From Candidatus Latescibacterota bacterium (lineage in GTDB: Bacteria > Latescibacterota > UBA2968 > UBA8231): a DNA stretch of 64,000 nucleotides. The first letter of the stretch is position 1, and each line of letters starts with the position of its first letter. Shown piece by piece: positions 1 to 8,162 of the stretch. The stretch lies in assembly GCA_965197905.1 (NCBI GenBank), contig CBDAOB010000003.1, positions 544,001-608,000 on the forward strand, in the 5' to 3' direction. The notes under the pieces were generated by a model. That model was not told where the DNA came from. It worked only from the letters and a program-made list of their open reading frames with translations, and made no database searches. A program made the position numbers and the translations under genes.

Positions 1-1722
1 CACCACTGATTCTTCGCCGATCTGCACATTGATGTAGAACCCCGGCTCCAGTCCCGATGGATCGAACGGGTTGGCGGTGATGCCCACCCCGTTCGCTTCT
101 TCATCGGGGAACGAGTTATGCACCAGCAATGCCATGCCGACCGCCTGGTGGTCGATGCCGCGAAAACTGCGTTCCTCGAAAGCCCGAAAGTTCCACACGC
201 TAGCCCAGACCCGGCGCACCGCATCTAGTACGGGATAATTGCGATCATTGGGATCGCCGCTCCGCGAAGTGAAGAGGCCAGCACCGGTGAAACCGTCCAG
301 ATCCTCGGCGTTAGTGCTGGAGCGGAATCGCATTCTGATGCCGGGATAGTCGGCGTTAAGTTTTGCCAACAACGCCGCCTCGAACTCGGGATCAACGATC
401 GCCTCTCTCATCGCCACGCGCAGCTCTTTGAGACGTTTGTCGCGAATGGCGGGATCGTCCTGAAAGGAATGGTCGGCCAGCAGCTGCGTGACTTGCTCGT
501 GAAAACCGTTCTGAACCATGAACTGCCAGTAGTAAAAAACCGGTACGGCAAACGCCTTGGGGAAAGGCACCTTCTCGTTGTCCATGTGCGGGAAAGCGGC
601 AAAGTGGCTCGCTTTTCCACCAAAGGCGAGAATCGCCAGCGCCAGCGCATCGCCGAGGGCATGGCTCTTGAGATCGAGAATATCTTCGATGTCGCGAAGC
701 TCTCGGGTCTCCAGATCCAAAGACGGTACTGAGATTTCTTCTAGCTTGTCCTGTTCCCACCAGGCATCGGCCTCTTCTTTACTCACCTCGGCGATTGAAA
801 ATTCGAAAGGTCCGACATCGAGCCTGACCCATTTTCCTTCGAGGGCCCGAAGATCTTCTCTGGAATAGGCGCCGCGCAGTGCCATATTGGGCGTGCCGCG
901 ATTCTGCGAGAGGACGTTGATGTGTGCCAGAGGGGTCTGAAACTCCTGAGTGATGATGCCGGCGACGGCTGAGATATCGTTGGGCACTTGGTCCAGCACG
1001 GCGATGTCGCGAAAACCGACATACTCGGTCTCGAGCTCTCTGGCAGTAATAAAAACCAGCCTGCCCAGGCTCGATCCATAATTGAGCGCCTGGTAGTCAA
1101 TGCCTTCGTAGAGCTCGTCGGTCGTGATTAATTGCACCGAGTTGGGGAGGTTTTGCGCCTCCAGCTCTATTGCTTGGGAGGTCGGATGGAAGTAGAGCTC
1201 ATCGCCGCAGAAACAGGACTCGATGATTTGCTGAAAGGCCGCGCTGATCATCTCGGCGTCGGCGTTATCGTACGGTGCGACTTCATAGGTCCAGACCCCG
1301 GGCCCTTCGTAGCGGGTGATTGCCCCCAAGACAAAGCGACGATTCGGATCATAATATTCTGTGAGATTGAACTGGGACAGAGCTGGGACGATAGGTCTGC
1401 CGTCCCCGGAAAGGTTGGCTGACGTGAAATCCCAATGGATCGGATACCTCTTGCTGTTCTGGAAATAGAGCGTGTTGGCGTCAGCCCGATCGATGACGGT
1501 CTTGGCTGAGGTGGCACCGGGTATGGATGCGTCAGCCGGCTCTGATGCCAGGGTAATGAAGTCGGCTTCACAGCCAATGGTGTTCGTGAAATCCGGCGCA
1601 TCGCCGGCGGCGATCACGCAAGCCCCTCGCAACGGCTCCGGACCGGTCGTGGAGTCGTCACCGCACGAGAAGGCGAGCAGGGCGAGAGAGAATACGAACG
1701 ACTGTCCTGTCCTCACTGGCAT
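1..1722 (-). CDS. Lipoprotein with PEP/pyruvate-binding (PPDK_N / PEP-synthase-like ATP-grasp) domain; runs off the left edge
   Basis: Not in the ORF track because it is open to the edge. Manual translation from ATG 1722 or GTG 1716 (overlapping the upstream stop) gives ...FVFSLALLAFSCGDD (lipobox). The same frame later reads MRFRSSTNAEDLDGFTGAGLFTS and VRRVWASVWNFRAFEER, hallmark PPDK_N motifs. Confidence 0.85.
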   Translation of the reverse strand, partial: MPVRTGQSFVFSLALLAFSCGDDSTTGPEPLRGACVIAAGDAPDFTNTIGCEADFITLASEPADASIPGATSAKTVIDRADANTLYFQNSKRYPIHWDFTSANLSGDGRPIVPALSQFNLTEYYDPNRRFVLGAITRYEGPGVWTYEVAPYDNADAEMISAAFQQIIESCFCGDELYFHPTSQAIELEAQNLPNSVQLITTDELYEGIDYQALNYGSSLGRLVFITARELETEYVGFRDIAVLDQVPNDISAVAGIITQEFQTPLAHINVLSQNRGTPNMALRGAYSREDLRALEGKWVRLDVGPFEFSIAEVSKEEADAWWEQDKLEEISVPSLDLETRELRDIEDILDLKSHALGDALALAILAFGGKASHFAAFPHMDNEKVPFPKAFAVPVFYYWQFMVQNGFHEQVTQLLADHSFQDDPAIRDKRLKELRVAMREAIVDPEFEAALLAKLNADYPGIRMRFRSSTNAEDLDGFTGAGLFTSRSGDPNDRNYPVLDAVRRVWASVWNFRAFEERSFRGIDHQAVGMALLVHNSFPDEEANGVGITANPFDPSGLEPGFYINVQIGEESVV

Positions 1723-2681
1723 CGGAAGTCCGGCCGGCAGCTCTGCCCTCCGGGACAGTCGGCGTCGCCATTGCAGGATATGACCCCTGGGATCTCCAGG
1801 ATCTTCGTGACCATCGACTCGACAACGAGGTCTACCTTGGCGGGCGGATCGGTCGAACCGATCGTTCCGCGAGCGATTTCGATCTTTGGGAACCCCGAAA
1901 TGCCGAGCGCCTTGAGCTGCTCAAGCAATGAAGCGGACACGTCCAGCGACCCCGTGTCGGGGCATTCGCACACCACCCTGCCTTTTGTCCCACCATGATA
2001 GCTGATATCGAATGCGACCGAGATGGTGGTCACATCCATCTGTGCCGACGGTGTCCATTCCAGCAAAACCGGCTCGCCGCCAAGTTCGATGGATTCGTTG
2101 GCGATCTCGAGGGGGCTGATTCCTTTGGCTGTGACCGCGAAGGTCGACACCGATTTAGTGCCGTTGGCGGCAAAGGTGATGTCGTCTCCTGCGGAAAAAG
2201 CGGGAAATGCTAGACGAGTACCACCTGGTGGCTGGTAGTTGTTGGCAATGGGCTCCATGGAAAAAGCGGTCTCGCCGGCAACCGTCAGCAATCCGTCCAC
2301 CTGCACCGTACCCACGGTAATGGCCGCAGGAAAGGATTGACACCGACCATCCTCGACGCAGAGAGCGCCGCCGTCGCACGGTTGCTCACAAAAGGGCACG
2401 CGCGGAGTAAGCAGCCGGCAATCGCCGCTGCTCGCCGCTTCCTCCCAGATTATGGCACCAGGGGTCGGGCCGTCTTGAATACGGCCCAATACCGCGGTGA
2501 AACCAGGCTTCGTACCCTCCGGAGCCACGAGAGAAACCTGAAACGTGCCAAAAGGCTCAACACTGCCCGAGGACGAATTTCCATCGCCTGAAGAGCTGTC
2601 TCTACCGCACGAATTGGTACAAAGAAATAGGGCGAGGATCCAACCCGGGAATCTCGCTCCACGAAACAATGTCGTCATCAC
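1713..2681 (-). CDS. Cys-rich hypothetical lipoprotein
   Basis: 322 aa with a signal peptide ending TNSC, Cys clusters, and C-terminal CNGDADCPGGQSCRPDFRC. Confidence 0.75.
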   Translation of the reverse strand: MMTTLFRGARFPGWILALFLCTNSCGRDSSSGDGNSSSGSVEPFGTFQVSLVAPEGTKPGFTAVLGRIQDGPTPGAIIWEEAASSGDCRLLTPRVPFCEQPCDGGALCVEDGRCQSFPAAITVGTVQVDGLLTVAGETAFSMEPIANNYQPPGGTRLAFPAFSAGDDITFAANGTKSVSTFAVTAKGISPLEIANESIELGGEPVLLEWTPSAQMDVTTISVAFDISYHGGTKGRVVCECPDTGSLDVSASLLEQLKALGISGFPKIEIARGTIGSTDPPAKVDLVVESMVTKILEIPGVISCNGDADCPGGQSCRPDFRCQ

Positions 2682-2721
2682 ACCTGAGGTCGGAGATTCA
2701 GTCAGAAAGAAAGCTCCTTCC

Positions 2722-3570
2722 TTAGGGATTTAGAGCGAAGCAGTAGAACCCACCATACCCTCCACCGGATCCGACTTTGTCGGAACCGGGAGGTGGACGT
2801 CCCTCGGTACCGACCCCCGGTGCGCAACCAGGAGCAGCCAGTTCGGAGATCCAGTGAGCACCCCGGGTACCCCTTCCGCGGGGCCAGGACATGCCGGAAC
2901 GGGGTTGTCCGTTGGAGGACGAGCCGTCGGCGGTGGTCCAATCACGGCAAGTAGCCTCCGCAGCATAGAGTTCGCCAATGGTGTTAGAGCCGGTCAGCAT
3001 GTGATGGTTGTCCTGGGGCGGCCGGTTGGGGTCTGGCCGGTGATTGGGGACACCATCCTCGTTGGGGAGGTCATTCTGTATCTCCGGGTCCCCGTTTTCT
3101 GGGCGGATGTGCAACAGGTCCGCCTTGGTGGGAGCCACCAGTCTGCCGAGGCGGTCATACCACGGCCCTTCCCCAACTCGATCGATCGCATTCACCGGCT
3201 GGCCATTCTCGTCAGCTGTGACACTCAGGAACGCACGCCATTGCTTGGCCGACGAACCTGGCATGCTGCGGTCGGCGATGGCGGCACAGATCTTGTCGGC
3301 CCCACGCAGACCGGACCCTGGTCCGGTCTCGCCGAAACGGAGATCGCCCCCAAAGCCGTCTTCGCTGCCTGATAGGTCCTGCATCGCTTTGAGGCTGGTC
3401 ACAAAGAAACTGAAATGAGGGAGTGGTTCGGTATCGTTTCCGCCCGTCGAAGAGTCACTGCAGCCCCCCAATACCATGCCGGCCGCCAACATGCATAGGA
3501 GTGCGGTTCTGGCGCTTCTAGTGGAATGCAACGGTGTTCCTCCTCCCGGGATTGAAAGACACATCTGCAT
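2722..3570 (-). CDS. Lipoprotein with endostatin/DUF1554-like domain
   Basis: Lipobox LGGC and motifs SFFVTS, GGDL, GADKIC, WRAFLS and C-terminal GGFYCFA, typical of this C-type-lectin-like fold family. Confidence 0.7.
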   Translation of the reverse strand: MQMCLSIPGGGTPLHSTRSARTALLCMLAAGMVLGGCSDSSTGGNDTEPLPHFSFFVTSLKAMQDLSGSEDGFGGDLRFGETGPGSGLRGADKICAAIADRSMPGSSAKQWRAFLSVTADENGQPVNAIDRVGEGPWYDRLGRLVAPTKADLLHIRPENGDPEIQNDLPNEDGVPNHRPDPNRPPQDNHHMLTGSNTIGELYAAEATCRDWTTADGSSSNGQPRSGMSWPRGRGTRGAHWISELAAPGCAPGVGTEGRPPPGSDKVGSGGGYGGFYCFALNP

Positions 3571-3626
3571 TCACGGAGGTGCGGACGTGGTCACGATCCT
3601 GTAAATGAGAAATAATTAGGGAAGGC

Positions 3627-3650
3627 GCGGGGTTCTCAGCGGGGTTCTCA
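3627..3650. repeat. Perfect tandem 12-mer (GCGGGGTTCTCA)x2 upstream of the lipoprotein operon
   Basis: Seen directly at 3627-3638 and 3639-3650. Confidence 0.8.
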
Positions 3651-3714
3651 ATGGCGCTGTCACCCTTGGCGTCGAAACCTGGAACTTCGGCCCACGTGTC
3701 AATTTGCCGTGTGT

Positions 3715-4746
3715 TCAGTCCCGCGACTCGTTCGCCGCGGCCTGGCGCCGGCGGATCCCCTCGGTGAATTCGTCCAGGTCCCAGCCGGCGCGCACAATCG
3801 CAGCCTTCAGCCCATCCGACCACTCTTCCGGAGGCATGCCCATCGCCCGCTCAGCAACCGCACGCCGGAACTCGCGCAACCGATCGATCCCATCGCCACC
3901 ACCCTCATCCGCCAGACTCTCGCGGGCTGCTTGGTAGCGCGCACGGCCTTGCTCGGGAGTCATCTCGCCGGCGGCGACTGCTGCCCGGATACGACGCCCG
4001 AGGTCGTCGAGTCCCGGGGTTGCCGCGTCGGGTGTCGCCGCCGCTTGACCCTGGCGAACTCGTTCGGCGATCGCCTCAACATCGTGACCGGCAGCAACGA
4101 TCTGGGCTTTCAGCTCTTCCGACCACTCTTCAGGCGGCGTGGAGCGAACCGCTGCCCAGTCGACGCCGTCATCTCTTTCTGAGCGCCCCATCTGCTGGCG
4201 CAGGCGGATCCCCTCGGCGAATTCGTCCAGGTCCCAGCCGGCGCGCGCGATCGCCGCCTTGAGCCTATCCGACCACTCCTCCGGCGGCACGGCCATAGCC
4301 CGCTCAACGACGCCACGCCGGAACTCGCTTAGCCTGGCGCTATCCTCGTCTTGCTCGGTGCGAGTCGCCTCTCCCTCCAGACGCTCGCGCGCCGCTTGGT
4401 AGCGCGCACGGCCCTGTTCGGGAGTCATCTCGCCGGCCGCGACCGCCGCCCGGATGCGACGCCCAATGTCGTTGAGGTCCGAGGCCGCATCGCGTGCCGC
4501 CACTTCTCCGGCCGTACCGGTTTGGGTTTTCAAGGCCTCTGACGACACTTCTGCTCCCGCACCGGCCGCGTCGGTGCCAGTGCTCTTGTCGTCGGTGCCA
4601 CAAGAAGGCAGGGTTACCGCGCAAGCTGCTGAAAAAAGAATGGCGGCCAGCAGGCGGGACCCCGCGCTCATGCGACGGGCATTGCCGCCGAGTGACCGAC
4701 GGATTCTCAGGGTCAAATCGGACTCCGTAGCGCCAATAACGTTCAT
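3715..4746 (-). CDS. Hypothetical membrane-anchored protein/lipoprotein with internal helical repeats
   Basis: GAGGAG RBS and a hydrophobic segment ending LPSC. IRAAVAAGEMTPEQGRARYQAARE occurs twice and a PPEEWS module three times. Confidence 0.75.
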   Translation of the reverse strand: MNVIGATESDLTLRIRRSLGGNARRMSAGSRLLAAILFSAACAVTLPSCGTDDKSTGTDAAGAGAEVSSEALKTQTGTAGEVAARDAASDLNDIGRRIRAAVAAGEMTPEQGRARYQAARERLEGEATRTEQDEDSARLSEFRRGVVERAMAVPPEEWSDRLKAAIARAGWDLDEFAEGIRLRQQMGRSERDDGVDWAAVRSTPPEEWSEELKAQIVAAGHDVEAIAERVRQGQAAATPDAATPGLDDLGRRIRAAVAAGEMTPEQGRARYQAARESLADEGGGDGIDRLREFRRAVAERAMGMPPEEWSDGLKAAIVRAGWDLDEFTEGIRRRQAAANESRD

Positions 4747-4813
4747 GGGATTCTCCTCTTGAAATGAATCTTCAGGTGAGCCAGCTTGACGGCCCCCATC
4801 GCGCGCCGAATCG

Positions 4814-6295
4814 CTACCCGCTGACGTCGTGCAGCGGATAGAGCTTTCGTCCCAGCCTGCGAAAATTGATGTGGCTGGAATCGTGCAGGCTCGGCTCTGA
4901 GACCGCGTATACTGCTCCCGCCCAATCCTCGAAGCCGGCGCGAAAATGAGCGGTCGACTTCACGCCGATGTAGCGCATCTGCTGCGGATCCAGACCAAGC
5001 GTCTTTGAAAACGCCGTGTCGAACGGCTGTTCGCGCACAGTTGCCAGAATGACATGTATCCCGTCTTGTCGAATATAAGAGGATAAACCCATGCTGCCCT
5101 CGAGCCCTTCGTACATGGAGCCACCATAGCGGAACTTGCCGTCTGACAGTCCCACGACCTCGAATGTCATCGGCACTGGCTCCCCCTGCATGGGCGTCGA
5201 CTTGCCGCCTACATCCATTGTCAAGGTGGCGCCGATTCCAGCCTCATGGCACTCCGCGATCACTTCCGGGTCGACCATATACAGGACGCAAGCGTCCTGG
5301 AGACCGGCCTCAACGAAGGTCCGCAGCATGCCGGTACTGTCGCCTGGCGATCCCCCACCTGTGTTATCGTGCCGGTCGGCAAACACGATCGGGTATTTTC
5401 CTTCCGCGTCGCCCTGGGCGAGCGCTTCGCGCGTGGTGGGTACGTGAAAATGCCAGTCGGCGCGTCGTTCGTACAACCACGCGCCCAGCTCGTCGGCGTA
5501 GGATTGAGCCAGGGCCTGGTCGTTGTCGGTGGCGATGTAGACGGAAGCTCCCATGTCGGGCACATCGGACAGCGGGTAACAGGTCGCGATCGATCCGCAG
5601 ATGACCCCTGGTTGGGCCTCGATCCGGTGGAGCTCGTCGATCGCCTCCTTCATGGGTGAATGTGCAGTTACCTGATTCATGCCCCATATCATAGGAATCT
5701 GATGCAGGGCCATGGTCGGTTTCACACCTTCCTCATGGATTCGCATCAGGACATCGGCGCACTCTCTGCTACGTTCGGCCATGTCGGTCTCCGGATAACT
5801 CTTGCGCCCGATGAGCACGTCGGCGACCTCGACCATTCGGGCTGACACATTCGAATGGATATCCAGCTGTGCAAGAATGGGTGTGCCCGGGCCAACGACT
5901 TCGCGGATGGCGGCCATAATGTGGCCCTCCGGATCATCAATTCCGTCCACTTCGCCCAGGTTGCCCACCACCATCGAGCCATGCAGATCCAGCAGAACCC
6001 CATCGACTTCGCCGGCGTCGGCCACGCCCTGCAACAGGTCGTTCAGGATGCTGTCGAAAACCGGTCGCGGTGCGGGTGCGCTGGGCTGCGCTTCGGCGAA
6101 TGCCGTCGGAACGAGTTCGAATCCATGTTTATCGGCTCCGTCGATGAAACCGCCGATGGGGCTGTTGGTACCACGGTAGGTCTCGAGGATTTCGGCGCCC
6201 CGCTGATATCCGCGCTCTCGAAAGGAGTCCAGATTTGTCTGTACCAGGGTAAAAGTGCTCGTTTCGTGGCTAATTCCACCGGTTGCTACACGCAT
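4814..6295 (-). CDS. M81 family metallopeptidase (MlrC-like)
   Basis: Motifs GGISHETSTF, LDLHGSMV, LDIHSN, DRHDNTGGGSPGD and VKSTAHFRAGF. Confidence 0.93.
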   Translation of the reverse strand: MRVATGGISHETSTFTLVQTNLDSFRERGYQRGAEILETYRGTNSPIGGFIDGADKHGFELVPTAFAEAQPSAPAPRPVFDSILNDLLQGVADAGEVDGVLLDLHGSMVVGNLGEVDGIDDPEGHIMAAIREVVGPGTPILAQLDIHSNVSARMVEVADVLIGRKSYPETDMAERSRECADVLMRIHEEGVKPTMALHQIPMIWGMNQVTAHSPMKEAIDELHRIEAQPGVICGSIATCYPLSDVPDMGASVYIATDNDQALAQSYADELGAWLYERRADWHFHVPTTREALAQGDAEGKYPIVFADRHDNTGGGSPGDSTGMLRTFVEAGLQDACVLYMVDPEVIAECHEAGIGATLTMDVGGKSTPMQGEPVPMTFEVVGLSDGKFRYGGSMYEGLEGSMGLSSYIRQDGIHVILATVREQPFDTAFSKTLGLDPQQMRYIGVKSTAHFRAGFEDWAGAVYAVSEPSLHDSSHINFRRLGRKLYPLHDVSG

Positions 6296-6430
6296 TGAAG
6301 GCTCCAGAAGCCAATTTTCCAGCTGCCGAATTGACGAAATTCGCCTAATTACCGCTGGTAGCTCATCTACCGGGGAGGAGATGTCGGCCTGGCTGCCGAT
6401 TGTGGCACACCGCTACCTGAGAGATAACCC

Positions 6431-6460
6431 TTGCAATCCATCCAATATTCCCCATATTAA
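6431..6460 (+). promoter_or_regulatory. Putative sigma70 promoter of cspA
   Basis: TTGCAA at 6431-6436 with an AT-rich CATATTAA element 16-18 nt downstream; this implies a leader of about 225 nt. Confidence 0.4.
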
Positions 6461-6525
6461 GGCAATCGCGTTTTTCTGCAAACGTTGCAGAAGAGCATAA
6501 TCTGTTGGCAGTCGTTCTAATCGAA

Positions 6526-6635
6526 GTAGAGTCCTATCCTGGGCCGGAAGTAGTCTCCTACCCTGTGTAGTTTGCTACCCCCAAAGTAGAGCCTACCCCG
6601 TAGTGTCCTACCTAGACTCAAGTATAGATTCCTAC
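6526..6635 (+). repeat. Array of six mini-palindromes GTAG-N3/4-CTAC in the cspA leader
   Basis: GTAGagtcCTAT 6526, GTAGtctcCTAC 6550, GTAGtttgCTAC 6567, GTAGagcCTAC 6586, GTAGtgtcCTAC 6600, ATAGattcCTAC 6624. Confidence 0.85.
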
Positions 6636-6692
6636 CGAAGTTATTGGAGCGCCCTGTACCAGCCTCAATCTATCGTGAAAGGATAGGACACC

Positions 6693-6902
6693 ATGGCAGA
6701 ACGCGAGACCGGAACCGTCAAATGGTTCAACGATGCTAAGGGCTTCGGGTTCATCGAACGCGCTAACGACGCAGACGTGTTCGTTCACCACAGCGCCATT
6801 CGCGGCGAGGGATTCCGTTCCTTGTCGGAAGGGCAGCAGGTTGAATTCGAGGTCGTTCAGGGACAGAAGGGTCCCGCCGCTGAAGGAGTTACGCCCCTCT
6901 AG
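6693..6902 (+). CDS. cspA: Cold-shock protein
   Basis: 69 aa with [15 protein letters not shown] (RNP1) and DVFVHHSAI (RNP2). Confidence 0.98.
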   Translation: MAERETGTVKWFNDAKGFGFIERANDADVFVHHSAIRGEGFRSLSEGQQVEFEVVQGQKGPAAEGVTPL

Positions 6903-6920
6903 CGTGCATCAGAAATAGAT

Positions 6921-6968
6921 TGAGAAAAGGGGCGGTGTACGTCGATACATCGCCTCTTTTTCTTTCTT
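6921..6968 (+). terminator. Intrinsic terminator after cspA
   Basis: GAAAAGGGGCGGTGTA / TACATCGCCTCTTTTTC stem followed by a U-rich tract. Confidence 0.8.
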
Positions 6969-6992
6969 ACAAAAAATTAGAAGGAGAATATT

Positions 6993-7208
6993 ATCGCCAG
7001 ACCATCCCAAAACGCCATAGCAAAACGAAACCGGGAACAAGCCAAGAGGCAAAAGCGAGAGGAAAAAGCGGCTCGCAAGGCGCAGCGCAAAGCAGATAAG
7101 CTTGAACCAGAATTGGAGCATGCAGTGGATGGAGAGTTGGCTGACGGCGAAGGCACCGAAGAAGATGGAGCCGCTACAGACGATTCTACCCCCCAGGTCG
7201 AAGCCTAG
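6993..7208 (+). CDS. Small protein (71 aa) with a basic N-half and acidic C-half; non-canonical ATC (or ATT 6990) start
   Basis: AAGGAG at 6981-6986 then ATT/ATC, with an in-frame TAG at 6978. Reads (M)ARPSQNAIAKRNREQAKRQKREEKAARKAQRKADK...DDSTPQVEA and resembles small K/R-rich proteins found beside csp genes. Confidence 0.7.
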   Translation: MARPSQNAIAKRNREQAKRQKREEKAARKAQRKADKLEPELEHAVDGELADGEGTEEDGAATDDSTPQVEA

Positions 7209-7297
7209 GACAACACGCCGCGAACAGCCTTTGGACGGAACCATAGGCTGGACTTAGAAAGAACACACAGAACCACGGCGCAGCACCGCTGCCCCCA

Positions 7298-8107
7298 TTG
7301 GGACGTGATCCGAGTCCCAAGAAATTTGGCCCTCTGTTTTTCACCGCGGTAACCCGCTTGAAGTTATCTCCGAAACAGATTGAGCAGTTCCACGTCAACG
7401 GGCTCCTTGTAGTCGAGCAGCTTCTGACTGCCAAGGAGGTCGAGGTTGTGAGCGTGCGCGCCGAGTGGATCGCCAGCGGCAAGGCAGAGCATGTTCCACG
7501 GGAGCGGCTTCAGGTAGAGCCGTCAGGCGAGGCTGACGCTTACGCCGACTCCCTGCGCAAGATGAGCCACATTGCCTTCTACGACGACGTCTTTGAGGCG
7601 CATGCTCGCAATCCGAAGGTTCTGGACGTCATCGAGTCCCTCCTGGGGCCCGACATCAAGTTTTACCAGGACCAGCTCTTCATGAAACCGCCGAAGATTG
7701 GTTCGCGCCAACCCTACCACCAGGATGCTCCCCTTGGATTTCACATCGACCCTCCGGACATGGTGAGCTGCTGGGCGGCCCTGGACCAAGCCACCATCGA
7801 AAACGGGTGTCTGTGGGTGCTTCCGGGCACGCACAAACAGGGTATCACCGAGCGGTCCGAATGGAAGAAATTCGAACAGATGGCGCTGGACGGTCGGCTG
7901 CCGGAGCAGCAGCCGGTGGAATTGAACCCGGGCGACTGCAGTTTTCACCACGGCCTGGTTCTGCATAGCAGCAGGCCCAATCTTACAGATCGACGACGCC
8001 GGGGATATGCAACCCACTATGTGAGCGCCCGCTGCCGCTATACCGGGCCTCCCGAAAAACACGACGCCATGCTGGTGAGAGGCCGTTCCTTCTCAGGATG
8101 TATATGA
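7298..8107 (+). CDS. Phytanoyl-CoA dioxygenase family Fe(II)/2OG oxygenase (true start possibly TTG 7358)
   Basis: FMKPP, PYHQD, WAALDQATIENGCL, LHSSRPN. Confidence 0.92.
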   Translation: MGRDPSPKKFGPLFFTAVTRLKLSPKQIEQFHVNGLLVVEQLLTAKEVEVVSVRAEWIASGKAEHVPRERLQVEPSGEADAYADSLRKMSHIAFYDDVFEAHARNPKVLDVIESLLGPDIKFYQDQLFMKPPKIGSRQPYHQDAPLGFHIDPPDMVSCWAALDQATIENGCLWVLPGTHKQGITERSEWKKFEQMALDGRLPEQQPVELNPGDCSFHHGLVLHSSRPNLTDRRRRGYATHYVSARCRYTGPPEKHDAMLVRGRSFSGCI

Positions 8108-8162
8108 ACGACTATCACCGTTGCCCCGTACCCGCAAGTTTCAGCAAGGAGCCAGGAGTGCC

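Noticed and set aside
6526..6635. Repeat array as a mini-CRISPR
   Set aside because: Units are only 11-12 nt with 3-12-nt gaps and variable centres, and there are no cas genes.
6909..7244. 111-aa hydrophobic minus-strand ORF
   Set aside because: It is the antisense of the K/R/E-rich plus-strand ORF that has the strong SD, and it runs through the terminator.
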